This document shows positions 60,613 to 64,000 of a DNA stretch of 64,000 nt, piece by piece. Origin of the DNA: Bacteriovoracaceae bacterium (lineage in GTDB: Bacteria > Bdellovibrionota > Bacteriovoracia > Bacteriovoracales > Bacteriovoracaceae); assembly GCA_018649885.1 (NCBI GenBank), contig JABIHA010000094.1, forward strand, positions 1 to 64,000, in the 5' to 3' direction. Numbering within the stretch: the stretch's first letter is position 1; each line of letters begins with the position of its first letter. The position numbers were made by a program, and so were the translations under genes. Below the pieces are notes generated by a model. The model saw only the letters and a list, made by a program, of their open reading frames with translations, did no database searches and was not told the DNA's origin.

Positions 60613-60809
60613 GACGTTTCTTTTAAAGCTGACTCATTGAGAACAATAGCCGTTGTTGGACAGACCTGCACACAGTACTGACACATGGTGCAACTCCATG
60701 TTTCGATATTATAATTTAATCCATCGGTTAAAATTGATGATTCGGGGCAGATAAGCCTACAATTATCACAAGATATACATCTCGAATTTATTTCCAAATA
60801 TGGATACAT
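60609..60809 (-). CDS. 2[4Fe-4S] ferredoxin
   Basis: Two CxxCxxCxxxCP motifs. Confidence 0.92.
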   Translation of the reverse strand: MYPYLEINSRCISCDNCRLICPESSILTDGLNYNIETWSCTMCQYCVQVCPTTAIVLNESALKETS

Positions 60810-60866
60810 GGTAATAATATTAACAGTAAACCAGGCAACGTTTGTTAGGAAAAAAAGGCCGATTGC

Positions 60867-61595
60867 GTGAAAATCTATAAAAGAGAAGCAATTGTTTGGA
60901 ATAATATAGCTTTTGTCTTTCTCAGCTACCTATTTCTCTACGTCGTTGAATCTATCGGCGATCAAAAGTCAGCATATAGCCTGTCTATTTTCTACAACTT
61001 TTTTGAAGCCAACAAAGTGACCATGGTTTCAGGTGCCATCACTGTCGCTTCAATTTTTTTTATTAAGAGAATATCTAAAATATTTATGTCCATATTTTTT
61101 CTATTAGTCCTAATACAAACTGTTAAAACCTCTCTCCCTCAAATTGATAAATACCTATTATTTCTCGTATTTTGTTACCTGTGTTTCGCCCTTACCTTTA
61201 TCATAATGTGGGGCCAGGAACTAAAGAGGGCCTATTACCTGAGCAATATTTCCCTCTCTTCATTAAACTTCACGCCAAAAATAAATATTCCAGTCACTTT
61301 AGTTAGTATCCCCGAAAATACTGAGTATGAGGGTTACCTTACCAATTGGGATTCAAATGGTTGTTTTATAAGACTTTCAAGCAAGCCAAGAAGACTTGGA
61401 AGAAATGCCATTTTACAAATAAAGTTTGGGGGGAGAGATTTTGAAACAAAAGGGTCAATTATTACCTCAAAAGACTCATCTCTAGGCATTGGAGTTAGAA
61501 TAAAAGATGATTCCAGCAAAAATTGTGTATTTAATTGGAATAAATTTTATACAACCTTGAGTGATCTCGGTTATCATCCTAAAATGATTATATAA
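60867..61595 (+). CDS. Membrane protein with C-terminal PilZ-like domain
   Basis: 4 TMs, then NWD.NGCFI and G.GV. Confidence 0.65.
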   Translation: MKIYKREAIVWNNIAFVFLSYLFLYVVESIGDQKSAYSLSIFYNFFEANKVTMVSGAITVASIFFIKRISKIFMSIFFLLVLIQTVKTSLPQIDKYLLFLVFCYLCFALTFIIMWGQELKRAYYLSNISLSSLNFTPKINIPVTLVSIPENTEYEGYLTNWDSNGCFIRLSSKPRRLGRNAILQIKFGGRDFETKGSIITSKDSSLGIGVRIKDDSSKNCVFNWNKFYTTLSDLGYHPKMII

Positions 61596-61604
61596 GAGAG
61601 AAAA

Positions 61605-62042
61605 ATGATAAAAAAAATTGCATTCATTACTCTAGCTATTTTAATTTCAAGTTGCTCTAAGGACCAAAGTCCAAAAGGCGCTTTGAAATCCTTTATTAAA
61701 CTAAGGTTTCAAAGTGGAACCTCTAGAGGTGAACTGCTCGATCGCAGTACGGGACAGCTTTACTCAACTATTGAAGATTTAAACCAAGACGAACTCGATA
61801 AGTTCCTCGATTTGAAAAATTTTAAACTCAAAAATTTCAAAGTACTCTCCAGGAGATGTACTGAAGTAAAATGTGTCATCAACTATCTCATTTCGTACAG
61901 TGAGACCAAGAGCCAGACTACTGTGGTTACTGAAGTAAAAAAGTCGGCTATACTAGTAAGAGAAGAAGACAGCTGGAAGCTTTCTGATGTTACCAATATC
62001 AAAACATATCATGACTCTCAAACTCCCCTTCAGGTAAATTGA
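61605..62042 (+). CDS. Hypothetical lipoprotein (NTF2-like)
   Basis: Lipobox ISSC, SP..A...F, L..E...WKL. Confidence 0.7.
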   Translation: MIKKIAFITLAILISSCSKDQSPKGALKSFIKLRFQSGTSRGELLDRSTGQLYSTIEDLNQDELDKFLDLKNFKLKNFKVLSRRCTEVKCVINYLISYSETKSQTTVVTEVKKSAILVREEDSWKLSDVTNIKTYHDSQTPLQVN

Positions 62043-62057
62043 CTAGTACTACCCTCT

Positions 62058-62084
62058 TAAGATTCATCTAAAAAATTCCGATAA
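62058..62084 (+). promoter_or_regulatory. Sigma28-type promoter
   Basis: TAAG-15nt-TCCGATAA. Confidence 0.65.
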
Positions 62085-62114
62085 TTCTCATAGGTTTTGT
62101 AACCTTGAGGTACC

Positions 62115-62639
62115 ATGGCAGACAGTGATGACTACATCTCAAACATGTTATGCGAGACAGTTGTGAATAGCTCACAAGAGGTATCAGAGCATGTTGAAAC
62201 CGACCTTGGTGAGTACTTTGAAACAAAGCTAACCCTAGTTAAAAACCAAGAAAGTATGGAAAATCAGCAATCATTTGATATTTCTCAAACCCTAAAGATG
62301 CTAGACTCCTACCAAATTCCTACATACCTGGCAGAGTTTATTGATGGCATAGGATGTTACCGTTATATATTATTTGGAAATAGACTCGACTTTCCAAAAA
62401 ACTGGCTTTTTTTTGAAAATGCTTCGGAGTATTCAACAGTTTTAAAACATTATTCAAAAGAAGATGACCCCTTCTACTTAGTAGATGCGCTAAAAAGTAT
62501 CAAAGATGGCCTTGCAGATATACTCTTCATTAAGTCAGATGAAAAAATATATATTTGTCTTTTCAATTTAGGCGAAAGGCAAATTCTCACCAATTTATTG
62601 GGCAAAAAAAAGGCAGCACTCGAAAAAAAGGCTGCCTAA
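62115..62639 (+). CDS. Hypothetical protein
   Basis: 174-aa ORF with GAGG SD. Confidence 0.7.
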   Translation: MADSDDYISNMLCETVVNSSQEVSEHVETDLGEYFETKLTLVKNQESMENQQSFDISQTLKMLDSYQIPTYLAEFIDGIGCYRYILFGNRLDFPKNWLFFENASEYSTVLKHYSKEDDPFYLVDALKSIKDGLADILFIKSDEKIYICLFNLGERQILTNLLGKKKAALEKKAA

Positions 62640-62666
62640 TATTTTTATTAAAATCGTATTTGTTTC

Positions 62667-63503
62667 TTAATGTAGCGTCATATAATAATCTTTTAACATC
62701 ATCGCATCTTTTTCAAGATTAGGACTGTTACAGATTATATAACCCTTACAACCTCTGCCCTTTAGAGAATTTAAAAGACCTTTCCAATTAAAGCTTGAGC
62801 TCTCAAGGTTGAGATGTTTTAAATCTCCCTTTGAGTTTGAACTGATTCCTGAAATATGAATGTGCATATTATCGAGACAGTTGTTACCAAGTTCCCCATT
62901 TAAGCGATCAAGCAATGTATTGAATTCTTCTTCGGTATTATATTCACCAGTTCTTGCGTAAAGATGAGAAAAATCTAAGCAAGGTTGGCATGAATTTACA
63001 TTTTTAGTAAGACTGATAAGTTCTTCAAGGGAGCCAAATTGACTCGTCTTGCCAGTCAACTCAGGTCTTAATTCAATTTCAATATCAAGTCTAGACAGTC
63101 TTTCTTCGATAACATTCATTGATTTTTCAACCAAGTCGAATACATCATAAGGCGAATCTTTCATGTAGAAAGCTGCGTGAAAAGTCATAGATTCAGCCCC
63201 ACAAAGATCAGAGATTTTTGCAGTCTGAATGATTCTCTCAACCGAGGAATCGATCTTATCTTGTTCCCTAGCATTTAAATTAATGTAGTAAGGACCATGT
63301 GATGTAAGTGGGATATTAAGTTCGTAAGAAATTCTTCTGAGCGCTGAAGACACCTCGTCTTTCATCCTAACCCCATGAGCAAATTCAAGCTGCATGCAGT
63401 CCAGGCCCAATTGTTGAATCATCTTAACGCCTTCAACTGGGTTATTCTTTTTTAAGGTGCAGTTTGGAACACCTGCTGTTCCAAATAACAGACGGTTTGG
63501 CAT
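62667..63503 (-). CDS. nfo: Endonuclease IV-family TIM-barrel protein (archaeal-like subtype)
   Basis: FGTAG.P, H.PYYINLN, PE.TGK.SQFG, CLDFSH, HIHISG. Confidence 0.8.
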   Translation of the reverse strand: MPNRLLFGTAGVPNCTLKKNNPVEGVKMIQQLGLDCMQLEFAHGVRMKDEVSSALRRISYELNIPLTSHGPYYINLNAREQDKIDSSVERIIQTAKISDLCGAESMTFHAAFYMKDSPYDVFDLVEKSMNVIEERLSRLDIEIELRPELTGKTSQFGSLEELISLTKNVNSCQPCLDFSHLYARTGEYNTEEEFNTLLDRLNGELGNNCLDNMHIHISGISSNSKGDLKHLNLESSSFNWKGLLNSLKGRGCKGYIICNSPNLEKDAMMLKDYYMTLH

Positions 63504-63605
63504 AATGTCTCTCTCCCCAATAATGGCGCTCCCCAGCGCTGGTCAAATAGTCTCTCCATCAAATTGGCATGGCCATTTTGATAACTATTTCATTTTACTT
63601 AAAAC

Positions 63606-63635
63606 TTGCGAATATCAGTCGCTCTCTCTTAAAAT
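63606..63635 (+). promoter_or_regulatory. Sigma70-type promoter candidate
   Basis: TTGCGA-18nt-TAAAAT. Confidence 0.5.
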
Positions 63636-63639
63636 CGAT

Positions 63640-63830
63640 ATATTCACATGCTGATGAAAACGAGGGGGCCTTTAAACTCTCTAAGCATCCAGGTTTTCAA
63701 TTGCCTTTGCAGGCTAACGGCCAAGTCATTGTAATGATTTGCTAAATAGTGGTGGACTAGCCGTTAATTGTTGTCTTTATAGCCTGAGACTGAGTTTTTG
63801 TCCATCAAATGGTGGCCAAGTGTGAAATAT
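63640..63830 (+). ncRNA. Candidate rod-like structured RNA (6S-like or leader)
   Basis: Nested stems TTCACAT/GTGTGAA, AAACTC/GAGTTT, CAGGT/GCCTG, TAACGGC/GCCGTTA. Confidence 0.4.
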
Positions 63831-63852
63831 TGAAAGCATTGGGAGTGACTTT

Positions 63853-64000
63853 TTGAGATTATTGCGCTTAGTACTCATACTTTTCCTTTTATACCTACCG
63901 ATTTTGGGAATTTTTTCCACTATATTCGGTCAAAGAGGTGCAGCCGTAGGCCTTTTCTTCTTTGTGCCACTGATTATCTTTGTCTTCACTCTCGGTGACA
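63853..64000 (+). CDS. Membrane protein, 5' part (runs off window end)
   Basis: GGGAG SD, TTG start, MRLLRLVLILFLLYLPILGIFSTIFGQRGAAVGLFFFVPLIIFVFTLGD. Confidence 0.6.
   Translation, partial: MRLLRLVLILFLLYLPILGIFSTIFGQRGAAVGLFFFVPLIIFVFTLGD

Overview
AT-rich bacterial chromosomal window. Gene content and order suggest a Bdellovibrionota/Bacteriovoracia-like predator, but this is inference only. Most of it is core genome: the 5' end of tuf with its Thr-Tyr-Gly-Thr tRNA cluster (separated from tuf by a 3-gene insert), rlmB, proS, two divergent porin-type genes, lpxC, ruvCAB, folD-gcvT-gcvH, TonB, PBP1A, xseB, flgFGAHIJMNKL-csrA-fliW, bamD, an astC/astA/astD-like cluster with a pentein hydrolase, an HD-GYP protein, acyl-CoA dehydrogenase-etfBA, folK, amgK-murU and an endonuclease IV homologue. 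The most unusual part is a ~2 kb islet downstream of tRNA-Asn (43.7-45.65 kb). It holds (i) a structured non-coding element that begins at the tRNA CCA end, is partly tandem-duplicated, and has a diverged inverted homologue with compensatory stem changes at ~50.0-50.1 kb, and (ii) a Fic-HTH gene preceded by a helically phased array of 26-bp palindromes. Other observations: a ~190-nt rod-like RNA candidate near 63.7 kb, FliA-type promoters on non-flagellar genes, several apparently leaderless genes, three enzyme homologues with altered catalytic residues, and a LptM-like lipoprotein missing from the ORF track. All calls come from reading motifs by eye; no searches were run.
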